From: Lama glama
Taxonomy: Eukaryota
DNA length: 64,000 bases
Assembly: GCA_028534125.1 (NCBI GenBank)
Contig: CM052816.1
Location: 31,622,001 to 31,686,000, forward strand
Direction: 5' to 3'
In this document: positions 1-12,529 of the stretch, one piece after another
How positions within the stretch are numbered: the first letter of the stretch is position 1
How the letters are laid out: each line of letters starts with the position of its first letter
Made by a program: the position numbers and the translations under genes
Notes under the pieces: generated by a model
The model's input: the letters and a program-made list of their open reading frames with translations, nothing else
The model's database searches: none
What the model was told of the DNA's origin: nothing

Positions 1-1019
1 CTTTGTGAGCTCTGGCTGCAAATCTGAGGCCCATGGTGCAGGCCAGGCTAAGCTGACCAGGGACAGTGAATTAGTAAAGTCTGCCAGGACTGCATATAGG
101 CATACAATTTTTATGGGATCATATATTTTCTGTTAAATGCCTATTTCTTCTGTATCTTAACAAGCTCGAAGCTGAGTTTCTGCCCAAGTCTGTCTTTTAA
201 AGGGCACAAAATCTTTCATGTCATATTCACAGATACATTTAATAGTTATCTTCCAAGGATGACTGATCCTGAGGCAAAGTAATTTGTTACAGAAAATATG
301 CTTAATAGAATATTTCATGTAAGTTAGTTTTTTCACTTAAACTTACAAACAAGTTCAGTAACAGGAGGTTAAATGTACCTAACAATCTTGTGACAATTAA
401 CTATCAACCAAGGCCTTGGTGACTTTGTTATAATATTCCCTTATTAAGAACATATGTAAAAATCTCCCTCCTAGAAAAGGTAGCTTTTGTTTGTAACATA
501 TTGTGATTCTATCTGATTATTTTAAAGTAAGACATAATATCTCCTTCCACACTTATAAAAACTACATGCACTATACATGATTAATGGTCTGTGGGAATAA
601 AATTCTGTCTATAAAATAGATGAGTGGAAATTTTGAGAATAGCCATTAATATCATCTAAGTGAAGACTAACAATATGGGAAGGTGCTCACGAATTAAATT
701 GTAGTAAATAAAGCAGGAATCAAATATTATGTACAATATACTCAGATCCCTGTATGGAAGGAACAGGATATGGAAACAAACACACACAAAGAAAGACAAG
801 AATGGTAACTAAATTACAGATGACTTTACCAAACTCATTATATATTTCCATTCTTTCCCTACTTTCTATATTATTACTTTCTAATCAGAATTTTATCAAA
901 ATGAACCTAAAAATACCTTAAGTTGAGAGCTATGATGGGTCATCAAAACCAAAATGTTTAATAATTTATTAAGCAGAAATCTGATCATTTATATCCTTCC
1001 AGAATGAAGACTGTGTGAA

Positions 1020-1202
1020 CAGAGGGTTTGATCAGCTTAGAGGAGAAACTTATACTGCAGAGACAAAACCAGAGGACCTTGTTGAAATGTAGATTTTTTT
1101 CAATTCCAATTCAGCAGGTCTGGATGCGGCCAGAAATCTGCACTTTATCAAGCTCCCTGGTGATTCTAATGCAGCTAGTTGAGGACACACTGAAAAATAC
1201 TG
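1020..1202. mobile_element. MER5-type hAT-Charlie MITE
   Basis: Motifs CTTGTTGAAATGTAGATT, TTCAGCAGGTCTGG, AAATCTGCACTTT, CAAGCTCCCTGGTGATTCTAATGCAGC and GGACACACTGAAAA follow the MER5A order. Confidence 0.7.
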
Positions 1203-3948
1203 GCCAAAAGAGAAGTCCAAAACATCAATACTTCACAGAGACTCTCGGTATACCATCCAGGAACCATGCTGCTCTGCCTCTGAGAACCCCAGGCCTCTAG
1301 TTCCCAGGGCAGATCCTACTAAGGACCAGTGTATTATCTCCTCTTGTCCTGATGCATCCTCATTTAGCAGGTTTCTTAGGATTGGCTTTCCTTGTGACTT
1401 TATTAAGAGGAGAAAATAGGCTGTTCTATCAACATTGGCATCTGAGGTCATTTGAATGTCCTCATTGTGAGTGAATAAATCAGTGAAGGGTTTATACATC
1501 AGTCTCTCTGGGCTCAGTTAATGTGAGTCTAGCCCTGAAACTTGGATCCATTTTCAGATAACTGACAAAACTACGCATATGATTCTCAAGGCTAAAGTCT
1601 CTCAGCTAAGAGGTAGTAGGTCTCTCTTCCCAAAGAAGCAGACATTTATCGTTTTTGCCAGACAGGCACCCTTTCTCATTTTTCTAGTACAACAGCTTAA
1701 ATTTCCCTTGGGGAATCACCACTCTTCTGTTCTCAGAGTCCTCCCAAGTCTGAACATGGCTTGCCTTCTAAACTCACTCTCAGAATTTTTGTTAAAACAA
1801 AATTAAGCTTTCGAGGTAAAGCTTAAATCTGTCAGCGTGGGTCCTGGAGCCACAAGAGAAAATCGTGCCTGAGACCACCACCATCTTGGACAAAATAAGA
1901 ACCAAGAATTAGAGATAACACTGTGGGGAGAGCAGGGGGAAAGGAGGAGAGTTTATAACTTCATTGCTTTAATCCTGGATACAGCTGGTCCTACCCTCAC
2001 TCTTTGTTTCGCAAGAGCCGAGAATTTCCCTTTTTATTTGAGACAGTGTGATTCAGACTTCTTTCATTTACCAAAGAGTCTTAAATAAAACACCTCTATT
2101 TCTCCGTATACAGCATATACCATCCATTCAAGGGCAACCATGGGTCCAAAGATCTATCACTTGATCAGGGGAAAATTTAGAAGATTCACCCTAGTAGGAA
2201 GCAGAGACTAGCTAGACATGAATTGCATGCCACAACTCCTTCATTTGAGAATAAGGTGAACCTAATAATCATCACTGGAAAACAATGATACCACAGGCTC
2301 AGCCTCTGCAACATCGGGAGGCAAAAAAGACATGAGGTGTTTTGCAATCCTCATCTCTTTCTCTGGGGCATAAGAATCTCCCCATGCTTACTACTTGGGT
2401 ATATTTCTATAAAAATGAGAGGAAGCCCAACTCTCTTTGCCCCAAGGAGCAAAGAAAAACTAATGACTGGGTATCATCACAGTCAATCAATCACCTCAGT
2501 TGGAGGTTATCTGTCCACAGGAAAAGCAATGGGCAGATTAATTTCACAGCTTTAATTACATACAAAATTATTTTTGCCTGCCCTTTTGAAGTTAGGTGAT
2601 CTTCACTACTTATACACATGTGATAATTAAAAGGAAAAAAAATCCCATAAGCAAAGATGAGAAACTAGTGAAGACAAATCCTCCCCCGCCCCCAAATCAT
2701 ACACAGAACAATAAACCCTTCAATTTGTTAAACAGACTTGATTCTCCAACATAATGGCTCCCAGTGTTAGGGTGGGATTGGGTTGCAAAATATAATGCTA
2801 AGAGTCATCTAAAACCATTGATGTTTAGGAACTGCCTAGCCTCATGACATAATGTTTTTGTTCATAATCTCCTTCCCCACTGCAAAAACAAAACAAACAA
2901 ACAAACAAAAAAAAAACCTGACTAGGAAAAGAGTTAATAGCACGTAAAAAAAGATGGGTGTTCGGAAGTGACAGCTCAATGGTGTCACAAGGCTATAAAG
3001 CATGCAAACTCCATTTTATATGAGAAAAGAGACCTGGCTCTGCCAAACAGTAGAAGAAAAACCAAATCCTTGGAGTTGACTTTTGCAAATGTCCAGGAAG
3101 ACTGTTGTGTCTGGTAAGATTATTGGAAGGGAAAAGACCAGTCAAGGCTAATACTGCATTTATCTTGGAACTGATACTGAGCATATGGTTAAAAGCAGGA
3201 TGGCACTCTATACCAATGGATAATCTCAGCCTCAGAATGCAGTTTGCAAAAATAGTATCAAAGTAAGAGACCTCATAGTATGCATTTTGGTAAAAACCAA
3301 TAAACAAACAGACAAACAAAAGCACCATGCACCTTCTCAGATTCCCTCAACCTCTTCCTCCTCCCGGTGTTACTAAGCTCCTCAACTACACCCAGGTGTG
3401 GCACCCTCCACTTTTGGACGTGGAAGAATAATGTACTGTGTAGGATGGTACCCAGATTCCTCAGCATCCACTGAGAGGCAGGAGTGTGTAGACTTAGCTT
3501 CCTATGGGGTGAAACTTTAACAGGGAAAAATTAAATTACAGGGAGCCGGGAAGCTAAGTTCCTCTTTCTTTTTCTCGTCCGTGAACTACACCAAGGTACC
3601 ATTTCTTTTTGCAACCTTTCCAGAGAAGCCCCAGATGCGAAGTAAGATAGTATAGAGTGACCACAGCTCGTTATTACACAATAGCGTGTGGCAATACACG
3701 GCACTACACTGCATCACATCGCATTCTTTCTCTCTTGCCTGTTATCCTCGCTTTCCTAGGTTGCACAGCCCAAATAAACTGATACAGCACTATGAGCATT
3801 GTTTTGGGCTCTGCCTTCTACAGGACCCAAGAGAAAGCACTGCTGAATCTACTATGTTGACAAGTGAAATCTCTCGGTCATTATCACTAATAACTGTATT
3901 CATATAATTAAGAATTTCCCCTTCAAATATTCAGCACTATGGTTTGAA

Positions 3949-4092
3949 TTTGCATTGAACTTTGATCTGGATGACGAATAAATCATTCCTCACTTACACA
4001 GGGCTTATTCGAAATGCCCCTTTGCATTGAACTTTGATCTGGATGACGAATAAATCATTCCTCACTTACACAGGGCTTATTCGAAATGCCCC
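3949..4092. repeat. Perfect 72-bp tandem duplication
   Basis: 3949-4020 is identical to 4021-4092 (TTTGCATTGAAC...CGAAATGCCCC). Confidence 0.95.
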
Positions 4093-4189
4093 CTTTGCGT
4101 TACTGTTAGCAGGCCCAGACTTGCGATTCAGGTATATAAAACAAACCACCCAAAGTGAAATGACCCAAGGCAAATATGAGGGGGGACTT

Positions 4190-4700
4190 GCCTGCGTGGT
4201 TCCGAGCGCGGTGGCACCAGCTGGGGTCACACTTGGCCAAAGTCAGCTGTTAGCTGGAGTGTGCGAGAAGGCCCCAGAAAATGTCCCCACAAACTTGCTC
4301 CTTGGGGCCGCGGCTCGCCCTCCCCGCGGCGCGCGGCGCGTCCTCACAGCAGCGTGGGTTCGGGATGGGCAGACAGACGGCTTACACGGGGGCCGGCTTT
4401 CCGCGGGGAGGAAGCAAAGCCTACCGGGCCACAAGCCCCAGAACTCACCACCACTAAATTTTACTGTTCAAAGCAAGAGTCAAAGGGAGCGTGACTCAAC
4501 GGACAGGAAACAGACGCTTCTTGTGAAAACGGCGTGTGCGCGGCAAACGGGAGCTACTCAAGGCCGCCATCTTCGGAGACGCCCCGCCGCAGCGCCGCCC
4601 AGGCTCGGCTGCCAATCAGAATCACCTGGGGAACTCTGGCGACGGTTAAGAACCCGGCTCACAGCCTAAACCAATAAATTCAAAATGGCGGGTAGCGGGC
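4190..4700. promoter_or_regulatory. CpG-island housekeeping-type promoter, possibly bidirectional
   Basis: High GC and CpG density. YY1 motifs in opposite orientations (GCCGCCATCTT 4563-4573; CAAAATGGCG 4681-4690), CCAAT at 4612 and 4671, AP-1 TGACTCA at 4492-4498. Confidence 0.85.
4449..4590 (-). other. Probable first exon of an unidentified minus-strand gene (5' end approximate)
   Basis: Minus strand has the YY1 motif AAGATGGCGGC near the start and ends at a strong donor GTG|GTGAGT (ACTCAC at 4443-4448) within the CpG island. Confidence 0.55.
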
Positions 4701-4775
4701 AGGCATCCCTTTGTTTCGTTTTTCTTTTTAAAAGCTCCACAGGTGATTCCAGTGTGCAGACAAGTTTGGGAATTC
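4605..4775 (+). mobile_element. MER5(B)-type MITE overlapping the promoter
   Basis: ATCAGAATCACCTGGGGA ... TTTTAAAAGCTCCACAGGTGATTCCAGTGTGCAGACAAGTTTGGGAA matches both ends of MER5. Confidence 0.7.
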
Positions 4776-5190
4776 CCCAAACTACCAGAACTTACGAGAA
4801 AAGAGATTTAGAAAAGCTGAAGATTCTAACTGGCAGCCCTCTGTTACACGTGATTCCGTGTCATTCCACAGCGTGCTCAGTGGCTTTTCTTGAGCTTAAA
4901 ATTTAAGCCAAACACCCGTCACTTTAAAGCACAATAAAGCTGCCGTGTTAAGCCAGCCCAGACTGTCTCGTATGATGACCAACTTTCCAGTTTGCCTGGG
5001 GCTGAGGAGTTTCCTGGGACACGAGACTTTCAGTGCTAAAACCAGGACGGTGTGGGTCCCACTGAACAGTTGAGCAGCATAACATTGCCTTCCCCACCTC
5101 TGCAGGGCTAGTCATGTTCTGGTGAATTTGGTTTCTGAAATTCATTCCCACTGTTAACACCTGAGTCTCCTCCAAATTCATGACCTAGGC

Positions 5191-5322
5191 CAGTGCTGCT
5201 TGAAGGGTGTTCCGTGGACCTGCAGCGTCAGCTTCACCTGAGAGCTTGTTAGAAATGGACCTTTGGGGAAATTCTAACAGAGTCAAAATATCTGAGACTA
5301 GGGTCTGGAAATCTGTGTTTGG
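5191..5322. mobile_element. MER5A fragment
   Basis: CAGTGCTGCTTGAAG...GGACCTGCAGCGTCAGCTTCACCTGAGAGCTTGTTAGAAATG...AAATCTGTGTTT. Confidence 0.65.
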
Positions 5323-7404
5323 AAAGACAAGAATATGACAAACAGTGGTCTGGCCCGGCCTGCCATGCTATCCTCTGCATCTGTCTCTACCATTCCACAT
5401 GAGGCAAAACCGGGATTCTGTTTTGCAGTGAAAGTATAATAAGCATAGCAAGAAGATTCAATCAATGCTAATTGGCTAGAGATGCCCTGACCACGAGCAG
5501 CCAGCATCTTCAGACACATACATGACCATCATTGTTTCTGGTGTAGTTTTTGGCAGCCTTTTATCTGAGGGACTGTATAAAAATTTTTTATATCAACAAC
5601 AGAGGCTGCAGTCTGGAAGGAGTGCGCTGAGCACAGCTGTCTGCAGCTAACAAGCTCCAAGTCTTCCAGAACACAGCAAAGCCGTCTACACAAGTCAGGT
5701 GGTAAATTTTTCTCCAACCTGAAAGGAAAAAAAATCTCTCCCTTCAAGTTAAGCAGAAACTCAAGTTTTATCTGGGAGTGAAGTCTTGGTTTTCAATGTG
5801 AATTTATAGCAAAACATCATTCAGTTTTCAGTAATTTATAAATTATGTCCTTGTTAGATAGCTTAGGCTGAAGTTTACCTAGGTACAAGGAAGAGTTATG
5901 TTGAGCAAATTAGTACCCTAAACTTTTAACCACTTTAAAACAAAACCAGATTTGTTTCGGACTTACCTATTTATAGTCAACTGATACTAATAATTGCATG
6001 TGAATTTTAGCCATACATAGAAGAAACTCTCATCGAAAACACTGTGTTAGTACTATTACTACATGAACTGAAAGTATAGCAAAGCTATTTCTTAAAACCC
6101 TCACAGACAGTGTAATTCAGACATTTTATGAATTCAGACAAGTCTCCCTCTATACAGAACAAAAATGGTAGTAGTATTTCTTTACCAGTCAATTAACACG
6201 TAACTTGATCCCTATTACACTGAAGTAAATGGAATTTTAAAAAACTCTTTTGAGAACTCACCTTTGATAAATAATGGCTCTTATTTTTCACATGTTTCAC
6301 AAACTAAATTCAAAGAATATGACCAGTTAACCAACTGACCCCTTGCTGAAGCTAATATAATCAAAGTTATTGTGGTATGGTTAGAGCTGGGGAAGGAAGT
6401 TCTCCTTCGGTATTTCTGAAACTGCGGTATTGCTGCACTGCAGGCCTGGCAGGAGGTGTCTGAGCTGCCCCACCCAGACATTCTGTGGGCAGCACAAACA
6501 CCTACTAATATCCTCTACAAATATAATAAATACAATAGATTTGAAAAATACATTTGCTCAGCAACAAACTCACTCTCCCATGTTATAATCACATGACAAG
6601 TTCGTGAGGTTTACTTTCCCTAATTAAAATATATATATATATATATATTCTTTATGTAAAAACCCTAAGCAGATTTTATTCAATGATATATTCTGAATCG
6701 GAAGACTTCCAAGTGCTTCGTAAATGACCAACTACAGTTAAAATATCTCTGAAAAATTACAAATAAGTCATTCCATTTTTAAGGAGGTTGAAATGACTCC
6801 TATATTCTTTGCGTAGAAACAGCCAGCAATACAACTGACTGAACAAGCATTGTGAAACTGGGGAATGAAGAGTTCTGTCAATTCCTCCACTTCCCAGTTG
6901 CACAAGCATGGTTAATCCACCAAGCTTCTAGTGCTGATTCCTTTTCTCAGGGGAACCATCCTGATCCTCACCTGGGCTTTGCCTCGTGGCCAGTACCAAG
7001 AGTGAGTCCCGGAGATTGGAAGGTTTGGACAAAGCTGATCAAATGGGATGAGTTGTTAGTTTAAGTCTACAGAGAGCAAAGGTCCCAACAGGGAAGCTAT
7101 ACTTGGCCATCAAATCCAAGGGGGTAAAACTCAGAATCAAAACTAAACCCTAGTTCACAAGAATGGTGAGCTAGACAGACCCCTGCATGGGGACAGCGGA
7201 AGAGGCTGGAAGGACAGATCATGGCATAAGACAGTGTGCCTTATGTAAATGCATCTGCTCAATGGAGTCTTGGATTTCATTCATAAAACGGGAGTAGTAA
7301 TCTACCTACACGACATGAAGTTGTTATGAAAATCAAATGAAATAATTAAAAGTGAACTGGTTTGTAGTTTGTAAATATACGTGCAAATCCAAGGGACCAT
7401 CACT

Positions 7405-7883
7405 ATTACTGAGATAGCCTGGGACCTGGGACCCTTTACTAGAGTGCTTGCACCTGGACAAAGTCTCCACCAGTAACACAATACAAAGAAACTATAAGGG
7501 ACTGAAAATAACTGCACCCATGCACACCTGCAGTTGGGGTGATTATAAACAATAAGATACAAAAAGGCCACAAACTGCCACTTCCAAGATGCTGGGAGAA
7601 AAGGCAGGACACTGCACATGATTCCTGCACACAGCACCACCAAGAAGGGAGGCAGACCACCTAAGCCACCCCTCTGGCCAGACCCACTGATCCACCCCTA
7701 CCCTCACCCCTTTTAAGAAACCAGCCAGCCCTCAAAGAATGGAGAGCAAGCAAGGGAACTCATTAACTTGTTTTCACTCCCTCCTGGTACAGCACCAGTT
7801 CCAATAAAGCCTCGCCTGAATTTCTCATCTGGCATCTTACCAATTTTTACTGATCAACGAGTCCAAAGACCCAGGTTAGTAAC
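7405..7883 (+). mobile_element. Solo LTR (ERV1-like)
   Basis: Ends TTACTGAG...TTAGTAAC form an imperfect inverted repeat; AATAAA at 7803; ACTATTA on both flanks; ~480 bp. Confidence 0.65.
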
Positions 7884-8379
7884 TATTATGTTCACACCAT
7901 TCTTCCCAGCACTGGGCAGAGGGTCTTATGGCTGGGGTCCTGGACCAGAAGTAATCCTATGAATGTACACTGTAAATGTCTGCTTATCTGTCAGCCTCCC
8001 TAACTAGTCTGTGTGATTTCCTTGAAAGCAGGGACTGTGTCTTAGTCATCACTGCATCTCCATTTACATAGTAAGACATTCAATCACTGTTTATGGAATG
8101 TTGAATGAATACATTCTGAATCCTCACGGTTATTCAGACTCCTGGCTGGCCGTGAATTATGTGCAGTGGAATACTACGTGGCGTAATGTGAGAAATGAGA
8201 CAGCAAATGCCCATGTGCCCAGGAATAGTTTCCCATCTGCCAAAAATGGCTACTACCTCCCTGCCAGAGCACAGGCGCCTCTGGATAAGGAGCCTAAATT
8301 CTCAGAAGCATTCCTTGAAGTCAGTCAATGAAGGAGGCACTGACAATTAAATGAAATGCCTTAGAAAATAAGAACAACT

Positions 8380-8605
8380 AAACTTTTACTGTGTCCCTGT
8401 TATGTGCCAGACACTGTGCTAAGAAGCTTCACATCATTATGTTACTTAAAATTCACAATGACAGCATAAGGAAGGTTTTGTTATTCTCCACATTTGACAG
8501 ATGAAGAAACTGAGTCCGTAGAAGAGGTTCAGTGACCTCATCAAGCTGTATGTGGTAGGCCTGAACTGAATTCCAGGGCTATTTTAGTCCAAAGCTTACA
8601 TTTTT
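8380..8605. mobile_element. MIR SINE
   Basis: Core CCACATTTGACAGATGAAGAAACTGAG, preceded by TATGTGCCAGACACTGTGCTAAG. Confidence 0.75.
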
Positions 8606-9299
8606 AAGCAATACTGTACCCAGCTGTCTGAGGAAAGAGAGGTCCTTGTGCACTTATCACTAGTGAGAATGGGATGCTCTCATCCTGACCATCTTAAAAG
8701 CCAAGAAAAAAGGGGAATTCTTCTTCCTCCCCCCCTTCCTATCCTTTGAGAACTGTTGCATACATCCCATAAGCCAGTCACTGTGCTGGCACTAGAGATA
8801 CACCAATGAACAGGGCCAAGGGGCACCACTGGAAGAAAGGAGACAGATCAGTAAAGAGATGGGAACTGCAATGGGAGGGTGGTGGCTGGGGAACTAGATG
8901 TAAGCAGAGCGATGAAATTTGATGACGTAAGAGAACCTCGTCGGCCCAAAGGTAGTCGGGCAGGGCCAACCCCTGAGGTCTGGCCCCAGAGGGTATTGCA
9001 AAGCTCAGTGCTGCATGTGACAATGGCACCAACATTAGACTTGCTTCAGCCTCAGGGGGAATTGACACGGACTCAGCCTTAACTTTTAGCCCCTGGTAGG
9101 GTCGTGTCACCCAGGACACTTCTTCCCTGAACCTTCTATTTCTCCACGTCTATATGCAACCAATATTTACTGATCACCTATACTACTTTACCCTCCTTTG
9201 CAGATTAAAAAAAAAAAAAAAGACAAAATTTCTCTGCCCCAAAGGAATTCACAATCTGAAAACAACTTAAGCAGAGGACTTTGAACTATACCATCTACA

Positions 9300-11285
9300 G
9301 GCTTATAGTTTCCACAGTTAAATCTCTAGCCTTAAATTCTCCTTCAAGCTTCAGATTCAAACCAGCTCCCTATTTACACTTGACCATCTAATAGCATTTC
9401 AAAATTAATATATCTAAAATATGATTTTCTCCCCTTCCCTGCTCTTCCTCTTCTCTGTAAACAGCATCAACATCCCCAGAGGCAAATTAAAAAATCCAGG
9501 TGTTACCTTTGACTCCTTTCTTTCCCTGACCAGCCCCTATATCTAGTCCATCAACAAGTCTTGTCCATTCTATCTCCAAAATGTGTTCAGAATCCATCTA
9601 ACTTCTCTTCAAATCCATTCTCACGGCCCAGATCACCAGTGGGCTGCTGCTGGTCCTGAGCCCTTTATGCAAGTTTGAAAAAGGTGCCCCTCCTGCAGGC
9701 CTTCACAACCCTGTGATAGGACATTTGCTGGCAAGAGGAGCATAGGCTGGGTTTGACCTCCAGGCTGGTGCCCTCTGCAGTAAATAACCTGCAGAAACAC
9801 AGTCCCACTCCTGCCACCATCTTCTCTCCTCTCCTACTGCAGTGGCCTCCAAAGGGCCCCTCCCGTCATCTAGTCTGTTCTCCACACAGCACCAGAGAGG
9901 CCTTTTTAACCTTAAATCCATTTATGTCACTCCTGCTTAAAACCCTTCAATCTTTTCCTTGACCTACAAGGCCCTGCATGATCCCAGCCTGCCTGTCTGA
10001 TCTGCTGCCCACCCTTACTCTGGCCACCTTCCTCTTCCTGAAAAACCTCAAGCTACCATTCCCTGACTGAGATATCTGCCTTCTGCTCTTTCCTACCTAC
10101 CTTCCATTTACACAAGGCTTGAGGAAGGAATGATTCCTAAACCACTTCAGACCACAGTACACAGAACAGGATTAGTCTTAATATTTGGTTCATCATATAC
10201 TCTCATCATTAGTCCACACATGGCCTGTCATATTGCATTCTTTACTAGTTATTTTTAGCAATGTAATAAGCACACCTGGCCCTACCAGCCAAAACTCAAC
10301 TGAGACCTTGCCACTGACTCACCTCCAACCATATGGTCATCCTGCTTCTCCCCATCCAAGGTAACCACGTGTTCAAATCTCAGGTTCACATTCTCTTGCT
10401 TTCCTGCTTATTATTATAATGTTATTGCAACTATGTATATTCCTAAGTAGTAGGGTTTTTTCATTTTAGTAATTTTATTATTATAAGATTATCATGCTAT
10501 AATCTTTCAACCAATTTTCACATATTATATTGCTTACATCCAATCATATCGCTATGTGTCACTTAGTCTATTCATTTTTGACTGCTGTATAATATTCCTC
10601 TGTGTGACAATATTACACTGTTCATCTATTCCTTGATGATGGAGTTCTTTTATTTTTTTCATTTTTGGGAACCAGACTGTTATGAATATTCATGGACATG
10701 TCTCCTGTTGAACATGCACAACAGTTTTTAAGAGATATAAATCTAAAAATGAGTTGGACTTTGGATCACAGGTGTATGAATATTCAAATTGGGCTATAAT
10801 GCCCACTGTTTCCCAAAGTCATTGTGCCCGTTTATAGACTCCTACCCACAAAGCTTTAAGGTCCTGTGGATCTACATCCTCTTCAATCACTTGATATTGT
10901 CAATCTTTTTAATTTGGGGCCAACCAAATGAATGTACAGGGGACACCCAGTGTGACTTCAATTTGCACTTCTGTAATTACTGAAGGTAATAATTATCATA
11001 TGTTCACTAGCTATTTGCATTTCCTCTCCTCAATGCTTTAAGGTCTCAGCATGAATGTTCCCACTACAAAGAGAACTTCCCTGCTGGCTCTCCATATGAA
11101 GGTCATTGCTCTCTAGTATAATACTCTGTTCTCTTTCCTTTGTGGCATCTACCACTATCTGAAGTTATCTAGTCTGTTTGCTGATATATTGTCTGTCTCT
11201 CTCAATTAAAATATAAGATCCAAGGATCTTATTCACTTATTCACCTTGTTCACTACTGTATCTCAGGGTGGATGGATGAATATGT
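9300..11285. mobile_element. L2 fragments interrupted by an old minus-strand L1M fragment (~10200-11030)
   Basis: L2 motifs (CTTTGACTCCTTTCTTTCCCT, TCCATCAACAAGTCTTGT, CACTCCTGCTTAAAACCCTTCAA, TTCACTACTGTATCTC) flank L1 3' motifs (TTCATTTTTGACTGCTGTATAATATTCC, TTCAATTTGCACTTC). Confidence 0.6.
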
Positions 11286-11297
11286 GATGACAGAGAT

Positions 11298-11535
11298 ATG
11301 TAGTGGGTTAAGAGTTGTGGTCCAGAGTCAGACTTCTGAGTTTCAATCTCAGCTTCCCCAATTTATGGCTGTGTGATTATGAACAAATTACTTAAATCAT
11401 CTGTTCCTGAGTTGCCCCACATGTTAAAAAAGAAAAAGAAAAAGGAAAGAGATAAATAGGAATCCTTCACGGAGTTCTAATTGCTCATGAGAAAAATCCC
11501 ACAAATATAGTAAGTGCTTGATAAATGGTTATTGT
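11298..11535. mobile_element. MIR SINE
   Basis: GTAGTGGGTTAAGAG...AGAGTCAGAC...CAAATTACTTAA...GTAAGTGCTTGATAAATG. Confidence 0.7.
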
Positions 11536-12529
11536 GATTAATGTGTGATTATAGTTACTACTTCATGGCATGAGAGCACAGGGGCACCAGACCAGCCTGG
11601 ATCTAAGGAGCTTTCTCCTCTCCCACATGTTCTACACCCGCCTGGTCTTGCAGACACCTATTCCTGCAGCCTAGAGGAAAGGAGAGAGGCTCTGGGAGGA
11701 AAATTGGGGGGAGGGGCAGCTTATTTTCAAGAAAATGCTCTGGTCATCCCACACATAAAGAAGTTGAATAACAGCACAGAGTGCTCAACAAGGCTTGAGA
11801 AAGAAATGATTCCTAAACCATCAACCCCTACACCCTAGAGCCCGAGCATTACATCACACACAGGGTCACCACATTCTCCACTCTCTCCCTTCATTTTGGT
11901 TCATAATTCCAAAGAGGGAGAATGGAATTTAGAAACAGAGATGGCAAAGAAATTAAAGTAGGCTGTATTAAGAAAAGGGGCAGCAGGAAACTCGGGCAAG
12001 GGAGAAAGGAGAGTAGGCGCAAGAGATGGAGGGGAGATGGGAAATTTCAAGTCGTACTGTGGCATCTGCGTATAGTGCAGAATAAGAAAATGCTGAAAAT
12101 AAGGACATGAGGGAGTCCCTCCACCCCCTACCCACCCAGGGTAATTTTTCTTTATCAGGTATGTGTGGGGGCAGGGAAAAGGTGAAACAGAAAGAGGCCT
12201 GGGGAAGGGGATGGGGAGGGGAAGCCCAAGGCAAACTTCATTTCATCACCTTGCCTAGGGGGAGGATGGTCCCCATTAAATCTGGTGTCCCCAGTCAATG
12301 TCACCTTAGTCTCCAGCTTACCTTGTTCTGCAACCAGGAGCCCCTCTCCATTTGGAGCCTTCCCGGTCTCAAAGTGGTAAATGCGGCCTTGCTTAAATGC
12401 GCCAGGAGGCAAAGCCGAAGTGAGATTCCACTGAGAATTCCAGCAGGTTCACTGGGAGAAACTGTTTCCATTTGAGAAGGATCAGGAGTCCTGGCCAGGG
12501 ACCAGCTGCCACTTGGGGTGTCAAATTCC

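Noticed and set aside
4034..4669. 211-aa plus-strand ORF
   Set aside because: Non-ATG start, low-complexity Ala/Arg/Gly content typical of CpG islands, begins in the tandem duplication and ends in MER5; no recognisable domain.
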